Below are positions 14,640 through 28,274 of a stretch of DNA of 64,000 nucleotides, in pieces (within the stretch, counting starts at the first letter, position 1; every line of letters begins with the position of its first letter). The notes below the pieces were generated by a model. That model was not told the origin of the DNA. It worked only from the letters and a program-made list of their open reading frames with translations, and did not search any database. The DNA lies in NCBI RefSeq assembly GCF_009914755.1, contig NC_060935.1, one strand, 5' to 3'. The stretch is from the human T2T-CHM13v2.0 reference genome, Homo sapiens. The position numbers and the translations under genes are program-made.

Positions 14640-15152
14640 TAGGTGCACAAAGTCCTCCTAATAGTCCGTGACAGCCTACACAGCTGGGCATCATCTACCG
14701 CCCTGCTTCCCATTTCCTCTCAGATCTCATCTCCTGCCACTCTCCCACTGCCCCTGAATCCTAGCCACACTGACTACTCTGCTGTTCATCAAATACATCA
14801 AGAATTTCGTATGCCCTGCTTCCACTTCCTGGAAAGCTCTTTCCCCATGCCTGGTCAACCCCTCACCTTCCTCAAGTCTTTGCTCCATTGTCTCATCTTC
14901 CAGAACGCCGACCCTCGGCACCCTATTGAAGTTGTAACCTACTCTGCTCACCCCGCTGCACTCTTGATCTCCCTTACTCTCTTCTACTTTCTCACTTGTC
15001 CAAAGCCCTTGTCATCTTCTAACAGCCTCTGTGATTTACCTTCTCACTGTGACTGTTGTTATTGTCTGTCCTCTGCTAGAACAGAGGCTCCATGATTATA
15101 TGGCTCTGTGTCTATTATCCATTCGCTTAGAATAGTGTTTGAATGAATGAAG
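14640..15152 (+). mobile_element. L2a LINE 3' fragment
   Basis: ctagccacactgact..., cctggaaagctcttt..., tgctagaacagaggctccatga, ends tgaatgaatgaa. Confidence 0.75.
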
Positions 15153-17585
15153 GGATTTCCCAGCAGCTTTCAGACCCCTTGGGACCCAACCTGGCCCCCT
15201 AGCTGTTGAGAGGTAAGAGTGAACTCATGACACTGCACCCTTTGTATGGGTTTCCATACTCTAAAATTCCACGTTTGTATCTGCGTCATGCCGTTAAACC
15301 ACACATCAAGCTTTTATGTCTGGTGGTACCTCAAAAGCTCCAAACAATTATGTTGATGATACTGGGCTGGACACCTTAAATTCTAGTGCTATATTACAAT
15401 GAAACATGGGAAATTGAAAGTGTAGAAAGTTGTTCTGCAGCCAGACACCTCCAGTAGCTGCCGCTATGATGTAGAGCAACACCATGGACTTTTCTGTGCC
15501 TCAATTTTCTCATCTCTCAAGCTGGGTTCCTTTTATTTTTGAACCCACACACCCTGATGAGTTAAGAAAGAAAATGTTCTAAAACATGGGCAATAGAGAG
15601 GACATGATATTCATAATGAGTTTTTTTTTTTTTTTTTGCCAAATGTTGCTCATCATGTTTAAATTCTAAAGAAAACGTCCTAGAATCAAGCAAAAGGATG
15701 ACCTTAATAGAGCAATAATAATAACAATAATGAATAATTTAAAAGATCCTTTTTCATACATAACCTCATTGCATAATGAACATCTAATGTAGAAAGACAT
15801 CTCTATAGGTAACAGCTAAAGTTAAAAATTTGGTCTTTTAGAGCAGCATTATTTCAAGTGTGACTGTCCTCAGACAAAAACACTAATGCTCTTTAGAAAT
15901 TAATGTAGCAAATGGAGGGGCTTTAATAATAACAGTTTTGATTTTAGAGTTTTTAACAGAAGTATAAAATTTGACATTCTCATAGCTCCTGTCCTTGTAT
16001 TCTCACTCCTACACTTAAAAAACTCCTTACTGACTAGTTACATGAGATGCTAAAAGTTACAACATTGCAGTTGCTGATACAAATGGTGTTAACTGGAAGT
16101 ACTAAAGCATTCTAAATGTCTTGCTTATTTCTGGTATACTCTTCAGGGGGTTTAGACATGTTTAATGTTTAAATGCCAAGTCTTACTATCATGTTTATTG
16201 ATCTTATAAAATAAGTAAATAGGATATGATACACTTTTGGTTAAAAATTACTGGGTCTCATTTTTACTTCAGTCTTTAAAACAGTAGCGTGTCACTATAA
16301 TGTGATAACATCATCTTTAAGAAATAGCAGAATACTTAAGCCTTTCAAAGTGATTTTGATTTTTAGATCATCAGATGTATGACGAAAATGGTTAAATGTT
16401 TGTGATGTGAGCTCTGTACTCAATGGCATAACAATATTTGTTTTTATAATATACAATCTTTCCTTGAAATAAAGGATGAAACACTTTTCCCTTAAAATAA
16501 TAATAATAATTGGTGGGTAAAATATACTATAAAGACATAACATTCCCAATTTTAATAATAAGATTAAAAAAATCCCCCAAAGGATCAAATGAACTGTTAT
16601 TTCAGATTATGAAGGTTTTTTTAAATTCACATTTTCAGATTTATTGGCTGAATTTTTGTCGATATCTATCTAACGTCATTTATGATAGAAAAAGCTTTGA
16701 AAAGCTTAGGCTAAATTTGTACACTTTATGTGGTATGTGTGTATCAACACATGTACTTATTTTAATGTAGGTATAATTATTACTGAATTGTGGCTTTCAA
16801 TGGGAAGCTCACTAGGGACAGTTAAATCTGCCTGCATTTAGCTTTCACTGAAACTCTAAAATTATTTTTTCGTAATGTTCAGGTTTTGAAAAAAAGGCGA
16901 ACTGTTGTTTGTCTCAAATAGTCTTTCCATAATTTTTCAGACTGGTATTTTAAGGCAAATTTAATCCATATAGTTCATACTCATTTACACTTAAATTATC
17001 CAACTAGAGCTTTTAACAGCTATTTAATGTCCCAGACACCTTTTGAGCTTTTAAAGTGAGCTCCTAAAAGCCTTTTCCATCTCATTCATCCTCCTCTCAT
17101 CATCAGTTTAAGAGATTGCATTTTGCTCAGAGTAAACAAATTGAATACTGAAACTTTTGGTTATTTTTCCTCTCGGTTTATGACCTCTGAATGTAAAGTG
17201 GCTTTCAGATGTGACCTAACTGATTTTCCCATCCCTACGAGCCAATAGAGAGTGTGTGTCACATTACACTTACTTACGAACAGCTATATAGCCAGCAAAT
17301 GAGGCAATCTCTGACCCCTCGTTGGGCACCCAGAGCATATAAATAGATAATTACAGAAACTCAAACTTCTATGACATTTTTCATCTGAAAATTTCCAGGG
17401 CTTCCTTTAGAATGGCATAAGCATGCATCTTAGAACTTGCCATAGTCACAAATATACCTAGTTATATCTCTCAATATCTCCACCTTTTCACAGATGGCAA
17501 AGGCTTAAGCAGCTGTAAACCAGGGAACTGGACGTCCTTCCTTCCAGGCTTATGGTTCTTTGAATTGCAGAAAGGTCATATTTTA

Positions 17586-17595
17586 AGAGAGAGAG

Positions 17596-17631
<36 letters not shown>
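17586..17631. repeat. Compound (GA)n(GT)n(GA)n microsatellite
   Basis: Direct. Confidence 0.95.
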
Positions 17632-18959
17632 GAAGGCCTGATAATTTGAGACTTGCACAAACACCCATCTCTTTAAAATCGCGAGGCCACTAATCACGGG
17701 GTTTGAATTTGATGAACTCTAGTCATTCTTTTTAGGAAGAAAAGGCTTTACAGCTGCTGCTTATGTTGTTGCCACCTATTCTTATTCATTCCTTGCCCTC
17801 TCGGGCAGCAGATATCATCTTCCTGGATGTTTGAAAGGCACATCAAAAGTCATTTGCCCAATTTCTCTTCACTGATACCAGTTCGAATCCCAGTACTCAG
17901 TGTATTCCACGTCCTATTCCCAGGGTCCTCTGCGACATGTTTTTATACCTTTAGATTGGTGAAAAGAAAACTGGAAAGGCCTGGGGAAACAGTGAGGTAA
18001 AGCAAAAAATTCCTCTGGAGGGATGCTCAGAGAAAGCAGACCTTGTTGGCAGGGGCAGAATTGCATCAGAACGTCTACTTTGATGCCCCGAGGGAGCAGA
18101 ACCCAGGTCACACTGACCTGGCAGGAGGCTGTACAAGTGTGGGAAGGGAAGGCCTTCCACCTGCAGTGTGGCCAGCCAGCCCCTCCCACCATGCACGAGC
18201 AGACCCGCTGTTCTGGGTGGCTGCATTTTCCTAATAAGACTTTGCACAAGCCGCTAAATGAAGCTGGCTGCCCGCTTGAGTACAATCCCAGCCCCATTTC
18301 AGTTTACCCATTTCCTCAGAATGTAATCTCACCTCCTCACTATTGGATTCCTTCAGGGCCTTGTAACTGATGAATAGAGGCCACCAGGAGGGGGTGGGAG
18401 GCAGGTGGGCAGGCAGTACAGAAACCACAGCACAGCACACTCAGAGGGCGCCTTCTAAAAAGCCACAGAATGTGTGGGTTTCAAGGTGCAAGGGGACCTC
18501 AGAAAACACGCAGTGCAGCCCTCATCTGACTTCGGATTCCCGTATGTGATTGCCCTGCCTCTGCTGAAGCATCCTGTGTAATAGGGAGCTCAATACCTCT
18601 GGGGCAACTTTCTTAGGAAGTTCTCCTTTGTTTGGAGTTGACATTTACCTCCCAGAAACTGTGTTTTATAAACCCAAACAGAAAATTCCTCCTCTGAATC
18701 ACCCAGTTATGAAAGAGAAATGAGCCATTCTTGCAATAGAAGCATTTGATTTGAAAAAAGGTACCTCTTATGAGCCCTTTGGATGGTACGTATTAGACGA
18801 ATTTGTTCAAAACACCTTAAATAAAAGTGCTACCAGCCCCCACCCTGATTTCTACCAACCCAAGAGAATGAGGCACTCATTCTTCAGCTGGTTGTGGTCA
18901 CAGAGGTGCTAGTTACATAAATAGCTGTATCTGCCATTGATCACCTATTTTGTATATTT

Positions 18960-19150
18960 TATATTCATTATCTTATTCCTTACATTTGTATGGTAATTTA
19001 TATGTGTCACTATTTCTACCTTACAGAAGAGGAAATTAAGGCTCAATTAAATAATCTACACAAGGAAACACCTTCCCTAAGTGACAGAACTGGGATTCAA
19101 ACTTGGAACTATCTAAATGCAAAGACTATGGCTTATTAACTATCATGTAA
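18960..19150 (-). mobile_element. MIR SINE
   Basis: ttacagaagaggaaattaaggctca...aagtgacagaactgggattcaaact. Confidence 0.65.
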
Positions 19151-19154
19151 TAAT

Positions 19155-19350
19155 GTGTACGTACATTCATGCATATGAACAAATATATACTCAAATATAT
19201 ACTTAAGCCTTTTTATTGGGGCATATGTATTTATATGTAAATATATGTGCTCATATGTATATTTGTATGGGTATAAAGGAAACTATATATACAAATATAT
19301 GTAATGTATTTATAGATATATATTTTACACATAAATAATTATGTAAATAT
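19155..19350. repeat. Degenerate (TA)/(TATG)-rich low-complexity tract
   Basis: Direct. Confidence 0.75.
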
Positions 19351-20100
19351 GAAGATTGCCATAAATACTGGGTGTGGCCTCACTACAGAGCTAAGCAGGA
19401 CATGTGGCTTGGCTTGGTTTAACTTGCAGATTGTTGCTAAAGACTAAGTTTTCCACCCAAGTCAACTGGCTACACACATCTGCCCTCTTGGGAAGAACTC
19501 AGCCCTTTCCTTCAGAGAGCAGGTACAGCCTCTCACCTCCAGGTGAGCAGCCCACTCACACTAGACCCCCCATCTCTCTTTTTTCTGGTCAACCTTCAGA
19601 AGCCTCTCTTGGTCAGACGTTTCTAGCTCCCTGGTCTGATGCTCCAGTGCCCCCCAAAACAAAGCACCCACTGGCACACCCTTGTTTTTGTAAATTACTC
19701 ATCATTCTCACCCGTTCCCATGGGCAGAATTGGGGTCCCAGTGTTTTGTTCCCAGCCCTGGACTCTCAAGGCCTGAAGGTTTGCATTCCTGAAGCTCACC
19801 TTCTGGTCTTAGGTTTTCACACACTTCTCTAATGAAAGCACAGTGGGGCACCCACGGTGTGCTCAGGAGGACATTTCCCATAGGATTGCAGCACCCATGA
19901 AGGTGACCAGAGGAATGAATCTCCTTTGGGTCACTTCCCTCCGCCCCACACGAGAGCCCATGGAGGTGGGTACTCGGCTGCCTGGGCCACTGCCTGTGCA
20001 TTTCCTTGCTTGGTGAAGCCCTCTTCAGCCCAATTCAGGGGAGATGAGCAAGATGGGGGACAAACTGCACCGATCTGCTGGGATTTCTGGCAGAGGTTTA

Positions 20101-20616
<516 letters not shown>

Positions 20617-21695
20617 TTAAGAAGCAGAGCTAAAAACCAATCTAGGAGCACTTTTAATGTTGACTGGGTCTGTCAAGTTCCCGAGACACCAATAACTTAC
20701 TGTGGAGAGGAGAATTACAGTTTGTGCTGAAATACAAGGTTTGTCGATAGAAAAGGAATGAGGGCAGTAAACGTTAAGTGATCGCCTTTAGAAAGCCAGG
20801 GAAGACTTCTTTGGTTCGCTAAAGGAGAAATGCCCTATAGCATCTTGTCATACAGGAAAGTCATATTTGGATTTTCCAAAAAGAAGCTGAGGTATGTACA
20901 AGAATTTGAGTTACTCAAAAACAAAGACAGTGAACTAGTGTCCTCCTGTGCATGTAAGCTTGGACTGGTTGGTACTGGCTGCATCCAGGGTCCACGGCGA
21001 AGAGTAGCCCAATTCATTGGTGATGTCTGCAGCTGGCATAGAGGGGAGACACAGAGACACACATGCAACTGCCTACCCTACTCCAGGGATTGCCTGGACA
21101 CACGGTGTGATTAGGATTATCCCATTTTACTCTGGAGCTGCTAAGCTCTCTGGATGGATTTGATAGAGTGAGAACCCTGCAAAGAGGTCTCAGAGGTCTT
21201 TGGAATTGGCACTCATCTGACTTCAGAAATTATACATGGACCCTTACTAGAGGCAGGAGAATGGGCTAGTCTCTGTCATACCACCGTAAAACCTGGTATC
21301 CCTGCAAAGCACTTAAGCCCATAAGCCTATAATCCTTTGTTCTCCCTGGTGTGTTTGCTGAATTTGTGCTTGCTTTTATTTTGATACCTTAGCATATTGC
21401 CTTAAAGTAAGATTAAGGTGTGCTCTATATTATGCGTTTTACTCCAGACTTCCTGTGTCTCTGACCAGCTGCCTTGACCATTATCATGGATGGGCTCTGG
21501 GCAGGTTAGTGGCATGATACCTATCTTATATGCAAGCATGACTGGGGAAGAAACACGGCTTCTCTCAGTTCACTTCTATATCTAGTTTTGCAGTGCCATA
21601 AGTTAGCCAGTGAGTATTCTGTAGGACTTGGCTGATAGCCAGAAATAGTCTTAGGGTTCTTGAAGTCGTCCACATTTTGGTAGCAACTTCATTAC

Positions 21696-21895
21696 AATGT
21701 AGTCCAACAGAACGTTCTGCAATGGTGGAATGTTCTGTAACTGTCCTTTCCAGGACACTAGCCACCACTTACATGTAGCTATTGATCACTTGGAATGTGG
21801 CTACAGAAACTGAGAAACTAAAATTTTTAGTTTTGCCTAATCTAGTTAATAAAATAAAATTAAATAACCACCTGTGGCAAGTGGCTACCATTTAG
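21696..21895 (+). mobile_element. MER3 (hAT-Charlie MITE)
   Basis: gtccaacagaacgttctgcaatggtggaatgttct...cacttggaatgtggcta...gtggctacca. Confidence 0.8.
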
Positions 21896-22085
21896 CAATG
21901 CTTCTCGAATTTTAGCATGGATAAGAATCATCCGGAGGGCTTGTTGAAACATAATCCATCCCCTGGGTCCCACTGTCAGGAATTCTGAATCAGGTCTGCA
22001 GTGTGATGAGAAGACTTGTATTTCTAACAAGCCTCCAGGCGCTGCTGCTGCTGCCTGCCCAAGGACTTCACTTTGGGGACCCTTG
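21896..22085. mobile_element. MER5A (hAT-Charlie MITE)
   Basis: agaatcatccggagggcttgtt...aattctga...atttctaacaagcctccagg...cactttg. Confidence 0.8.
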
Positions 22086-22111
22086 ACAGAGGAGCCCAGA
22101 ATCATTTAACT

Positions 22112-22333
22112 CAGGGGTTCTCAAGCGGGGACAACTGTGCCCCCTGGAGGACATTTGGCAATGCTTGGAGACCTTTTTTATGATCACAGTTTGGGGAGGG
22201 GGGTGCTACAGACATCTATTTGGTAGGTCAGCGATGCTGCTAATATCCTATAATGCACAGAACCCCCTTCCCAAACTGTGATTGTAAAGTATAAAACTTA
22301 AAATGCCAGTGGCGCTAAGATTGAGAAACTGCT
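22112..22333 (+). mobile_element. MER20 (hAT-Charlie MITE)
   Basis: caggggttctcaa...ggacatttggcaatgcttggagac...gatgctgctaa...ttgagaaac. Confidence 0.85.
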
Positions 22334-25084
22334 CACTGCTCATGCCAACCAGATCCTGGCTGCAGAGATAGTTGCAGTAACATCTTTTCTATTTAATGTT
22401 AACCTGTGTCCTTGACAGGCTGTGACCTTATTCCCTCACCAAATATTATAATATCATTCATTCCTTCAACCCTAAGACTGTTGAGGAAGCTTCAACACCC
22501 TTCCCATTCAGCTGGGAAGTTGGACACTGGCAGTGGAGGTTGGTACTTGAGTGTCTTCCCCTGGATTCTACATTGGGAGCCCAGGCAGGTGTGCACCAGA
22601 CACCAGGTCCTAGTAGAGTGCTGCCAGACAGGAGAGGGAGTGGCTTCCTTATCTGGTCTCTGAGAGGAAGAGCACAAAGAATGTCTGATTTTTGCAGAAA
22701 CATTAGTCAGCAGGAGCTGTGCTGCAGGCATTAACCCAAGAAGTCCATTAGGACAAAAAATAAGGAGATGAGGGCACAGGTTCTCATGCCAAGGTTCTGC
22801 TATTCCACATGAAGGCCACCCTTGCTTTCCCAGGGCTCTACTGCTGCCAGACAGCAGCCTCTGGGAGAGGCAGTGAACAGGCTCTGGAGTCCTGGGGAGT
22901 CAGAGGTCAGAGGAGGAGAGGTCTCCCTTGAATGTCCCTTTGCCTTGCAGACCTGAAGCCAGCACATGCTTCCTCAAGGAACGCAGGCACTTTCAGCCTG
23001 CTTGTGGTAGCAAATGCTCCGTGTTTCTGGAGGATGTTCTTACTTCAGGTCTTAAAATCACAGGTATGTATACTGCCTCTACCACCACTAAATGCTCCCC
23101 CAAAAGTCTCAGAGAGCAAAGTCTCCCTCACTTCCTCCATTTTTCTGCCCCCTCTTCCATTTTCAAGCTCTGGACTCCAAAGGAGCTTCAGGAGCCTCTA
23201 AATGCTTAACAGCCCCCCGATCTATAGCCCCCGGCTTCGTTCGAGTCCGTTTGGAGAACTGTTTCCTTCAGGTTTCTCTGCTTAGCCATGGAAGATCCCC
23301 AGGCCTCAGTGGTGCGTCACTGACTCGAAATTGGACGGAACTAATCTCACGGCTGTATGGCCCTTCCATTTTTTGTCGGAAATGAAAATCTAAAATAATT
23401 CTGCAACCATCTTCATGGCCTGAACCCGCTTTCCGTTTTTAGATCCCCAAACTATTTTGTAATGCTCAGAGGCCTTCTTGAGTGCAGCTGCTCTCTCTTT
23501 ATATGACACAGCTAAAGTCTATTAGCACTTTTGAGTCTTTGGCTGGCCATACCCCGTCAACCACCCCCTTAGCAGCTTGGGACAGAGCCGGCCACCGTGT
23601 GTGATGGCACAGTGACAAGGTGATTGCTCACTTGAGGATAGCACATTCTGTCTGCAGAGTGACTTGGTCGAAGCAGGTTGGTTCGTAGGGAAAGCTGGGT
23701 CCCCTCAGTCTCATGCTCCCTGATCATTTCTGCAACATCCTAGGCCCCTTTCTCACCTTCACATAACAACTGCATGACCTGAGCAAAGTCGCTTGGTCTG
23801 AGACTCAGTTTCCTCTTTCGTAACGTGGAGCTAACACTAGCTCCCTGAGTTGTTTAAGGTGTCAATTTGATAGCACTTATTCATGTGCTGGCACAGTGCC
23901 TCGTCCATGGTGGGGGGTATTCGGAAACGCTGAAGCTCTTCTGTGGTGTCCATACCGGTGAATCACAACTCCCACGTCCAAGACCCGCCCCTGTGTGAAG
24001 GTGCAAGGCAGTGTCTCTGAACAGGAAGTGAGGGGTGCACAGGGAGGAGGTTGCTGCATTCACCTCTGGATTATCCTGAGGTGAGAAGGGAATTATGCTG
24101 AGCGAGTGTGACTGCAGAGAATGCTGTATTTGTACAGAAGGCTATTTTTACACTTTGGCTAATGAGTTTTGACCTGTGTGAATTTGGTCTCATAATTACA
24201 CAACTCAGATTTCCTGTTAGCCAATCAGACTGATGTTGTGATCTCAGCCATTTCAACAATTCTCGATTATCAGAGCAGACACCAAGGATCAGGAAAAATA
24301 ACTAATGTTCTCTTCTTCTGAAGATGTCTTATGTGAGCAGAACTGGCTTTCTGGGGTGACAAAGCTGAAGGAAGCTTTCTCTTCCCATTTGTCAATGCCA
24401 GCTCTAGTTCCTCCCAGTGTATACCCTCCCAAGCTCAGGGCAGTAATCGGACAGGCTTCAGAATCCCCAAATCTATGCCCTGTAGTCACTGTGTGCCCAG
24501 CAGGACCAGATGCTCAAGGATGGCTGCTGGGTTGTGGATGGGCAGGGCTGTAGAGACCAGACAGGGAAGAAGATGCAAATTCAGGGGCCTGCAGATGACC
24601 AGGTCACCATGTGAAGGTGAGTGGAAGGGCACCCTAAAGCTGCAGCCATACAGGCCAGCTATAAAGGAGAAAACAGGGAGAGGTTTCAGAGATGCAGGGT
24701 GGTTGTTCACTCGCCAGGCAGGAGGTGAAAGTGGCTTCTCCAAGGCAGTGGTGGCAGAGGTTATGGGGGAAAGTCAGGCTTGGGGTCTGTTTTAAAGGCA
24801 AAGCCAACAGGACGAGCTGAGGAAGGGGATGACACATGCTGTTCCTGTGGCCGCTCCTCACTGACGGGCTGCAGCCTGGACTGGGGAGACCACATCCACT
24901 CTAGGGACAGACACACACCTCGAAGAAGACAGTCTGAGCTACAGTCATCAGGCTGTGTTTGTTTCCAGCACTTAAGGATATAAACACCAGCCCAGCAGGT
25001 TGTGGGAAGTGGCCATGGGCTTGAACTCAGCCCGTCCAGCTCTGTCTGGCCTCTAGCATTATAAATTATGTAGCTGTCTTCATC

Positions 25085-25270
25085 TATTATTCAGCATAAT
25101 TTATTTTGGACATTTGCATCAGCAATTTATATACAAAATAAACCAGATGCCAAAAGAGGGAGGAGAGAATTAAAATGGACATGCGTGGAGGTGGGGGGAG
25201 CAAAGGGGGGCCGAGCCGGGGACTAAGAGCCCTGTCATTAATCAAACACGGGCTCTGCAGTGACAGGAGG
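25085..25270. promoter_or_regulatory. Candidate developmental enhancer element
   Basis: Repeat-free island; octamer ATTTGCAT 25112-25119; minus-strand TGATTAAT overlapping TGACAG (25232-25244); second TGACAG 25261-25266. Function inferred from motifs only. Confidence 0.4.
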
Positions 25271-27719
25271 AGACGAAAGAGCAGGCTGGGAAGCACTTGG
25301 AATGAGAAGAAGTACCCGATTAGCCCTCCCCAGGTCCCAGCCTTGTGTACTTGGGACATTTAGATTTCGCTTGCAGAATCCCACATCTCCCACCTCCTTA
25401 GAACTACAACCATGGGTGCAAGAAGCAGAATCTACCAAGACGTGGGCAGCCCTCACCCCAACCAGTTCAGCCAAAAGTGAGGGTGCCTCCCTGGGTGGGG
25501 ACCCAGCACCAAACCACAGTCCTTGACCCCAGAAGGAAGTGTCTCAATTACCCAATGTCCATTTAGTGAATTCAGTGGCCTAACCATTGTCTGTCTTCAC
25601 CGCCCAGTGCAATGATTTCAGATTTGGAAATGGCTTCTAACAGGAGTCTGCTTTGCACAGAAAAGTCCTTTACAACCAGTTCTGGGTACTAATGAGGAGC
25701 AAAGGAGAGGAACAGGACAGCACATAGGAAAAGAAGGACAGAGTATTCTTTCTGGTCCCAATCAACTGTAGCTTTTGGGAGAAACGACTAAGCAGGTGCC
25801 GTGTTTTGTTTTATTTTTCTTGTTTCTTTTTCCTGTCCAAAGCCTCTAATCCTTTCCTCTGCCATTCATATCTGGTAGCAGAGAAAAAACTGGAGGGGAG
25901 GAGGAGGCATAGTCGGGAAAAATATGGGGACGGGGGTCAGAGGCAAGAAACTGCACCAGGGGAGCACTAGAGAAAGGAAACCACATTCCAGTTGCGGCAG
26001 AATCAATAAAAGATTTTGTTTTGTGTTTCTGAAACCTTCAGGGTATGATTGGAAACAGTTATGAAGTACAAGTTTTCCTGTGGCAGAAAGATGTTTCCAT
26101 TGTTTTGTTTTGTTTGTTTTGTTTCGTTTTGTTTTAAATGCATCTCTGCCTTACCTTACTTGCGGGCCAGTGAGCTAGCCTAAAATCGAAGCTCTGTGAA
26201 GCCCGCTCTTGCCATTTTATTTTTGAAGGCTGTCCCTTGGCCACATCTGACCCACCAGCTCCTGTCATTAGCATCTGAGTGTTAAGCCAGAGGAACTCAA
26301 TCTGGGAACACCACCAACGTGGCCAGTAAGCTGCAATTTAGTTAATGTGCACTCCTTGTAGGCCCTGGTTTTGGCCCGAGTGTATTTGGGTAGAGTGTGT
26401 GGTGGTGATGGTAGGGAGCTAGAGAGGAAGGGGAGGGTGATGGACTCATTTGCAAGAACTGCCCAGCTGAGATAACATTTAAAATGAACAGGAGAAGGTC
26501 CAATGCTTTGTAATCCTCCAGCAGCTGCTCATTTTGGGTTGGGATCAGGAAGGAGCACTTTGCCATTAGTCCCCGAGCCAAAAGTGGCCGGTGGTGGTTT
26601 CTGGTCTCCCTAAGCCACCTCCAAAGGGGTCACTCAGCTGTGTCCTAGGGAAGCGAAACAAGAGAAAAAGAACAAGATGGCTTGTACGCTCCATCCATGT
26701 GTGTGGCCCCAGGGATGCCCCTGCAGATGGGCCTGGTTGGAGATGGTGATATCTTGGATGGGTTCACTGCAGCTCCGTGCCCGAAAAGGGCAGCTGGTGG
26801 GCTTGTTCCGCTGTTCTTCAGCCTGTCACTGCACCACTCTTAACAAGTTATCCACATCCCAGAGATGCAGATTATGCCTCAGCTTAGAGGGCCAAGCTTC
26901 CCTCCAAGAGACTGAGCCTGCAAAAAGCTGCCAGAGTCCCTGTAGCCTGCCCAGATCCTGCCTGAACCCAGCCCAAAGAGATGGTTGTCATTCCAGGCAA
27001 GGGCTCACCCGGGCCAGATGCCTTCCTTCCCCAGGCCTGTGGTTTCTCCCACTTGAGGAAGAATTGCTATTTCTTTTGCTGTATCATTACAAATAAAACA
27101 AAACTGACTTTGAACATATTAATGATAACAGATGGCTTCATAAAATGTAAACAGAGCAATGAAAGTACAAATGGGGGTCCTACCAGTAATTAACTTTTGA
27201 TTTATACAGTCCCAAGGAATTTGGAGCTAGTACTGCCTTTCTCACCATTAGGTGGTAATCCTCTTTCCATCATCCTCCTAGGCTTGGCCTTGTTGGCTTT
27301 TCCATATCTCTTCCCTGACCCTCCATCCCAAGCTCAGAGGTACCTGCAAGTTTCACAGCACTGAAGAGTGGAAATCAACGCTTGCAGTCATCTCTTTGGA
27401 ATCTGTCAATAGGCTGCCTCATTATGACAGCCATGAAGTACTTGGGGGACATGAAGTGCTCTGTAAATGTGTATTATTCTTGCTGTAATTATGACACAGT
27501 AGTAATAACTCAGCTCGTTGGGGCATTTTCACAGTAGCTCATATTCTCTTATTTATTTGGCAATCAGGCACTTTGCTACTTATGGATGGAAAATATTCTT
27601 TGGTGCCAAGGTCAGGTCACTGGATAAAGCCAACAGAGTAGAGAGATTCTGATTTCTCAGTTCACCTTGAGTTCAGAAATATTCTCAAAATCATAGTAAC
27701 AGAAAACCACAGAATTAAT

Positions 27720-27965
27720 TCAGCTCTATAGGCTCATGGTCTGAGTAGTGAATCTTCTTAGATCCAAACATTGGCACCTCTGCCTACCAGCTGGGCAACC
27801 CTCGGCCCGTGACCTGACTGACCTTCCAGCAGCTCGCTTCCCTCATCTTTAGAATGAAGGTGCTGATATCAAATTCCCCAATGCGAGTGCTGTATTAATT
27901 AACACGGGAAAGTGCTTGAAACAGTGCCTAGCTCATAATAGGTGTTCAGTAAGCGTAGCTGCCAT
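27720..27965 (+). mobile_element. MIR SINE
   Basis: ttccctcatctttagaatgaagg...gtgcttgaaacagtgcctagctcataataggtgttcagtaag. Confidence 0.7.
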
Positions 27966-28274
27966 GACTGGCCACAATCACCACAACAGAGCTGAAAGAT
28001 GCCTCTAGAGATCATCTAGTTCTGTGTCTGCATACACAAAACAAAACAAAAGAAAAACTGAGGCCTACAGAGAGCCCAGGACTTATCCGCACTCAGTCAG
28101 GTAGTTTTGATAAAGGATTTGTGTTACCTCTGTGAGGCCAGTATAGGAAAAAGGGCCTTAAGTTATGGCAAACTGGATTTAGAACTCTTATGAAGTTTCT
28201 AGTCTTAATTAGGAAAAGGATGGATTAATGAAAAGCAAGATGGAAACAACACGTAGTAACTATAGTGATTAACA

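Noticed and set aside
20850-20897. Possible micro-exon (cag|GAAAGTC...GCTGAG|gtatgt)
   Set aside because: Weak polypyrimidine tract and no partner exons or recognisable peptide
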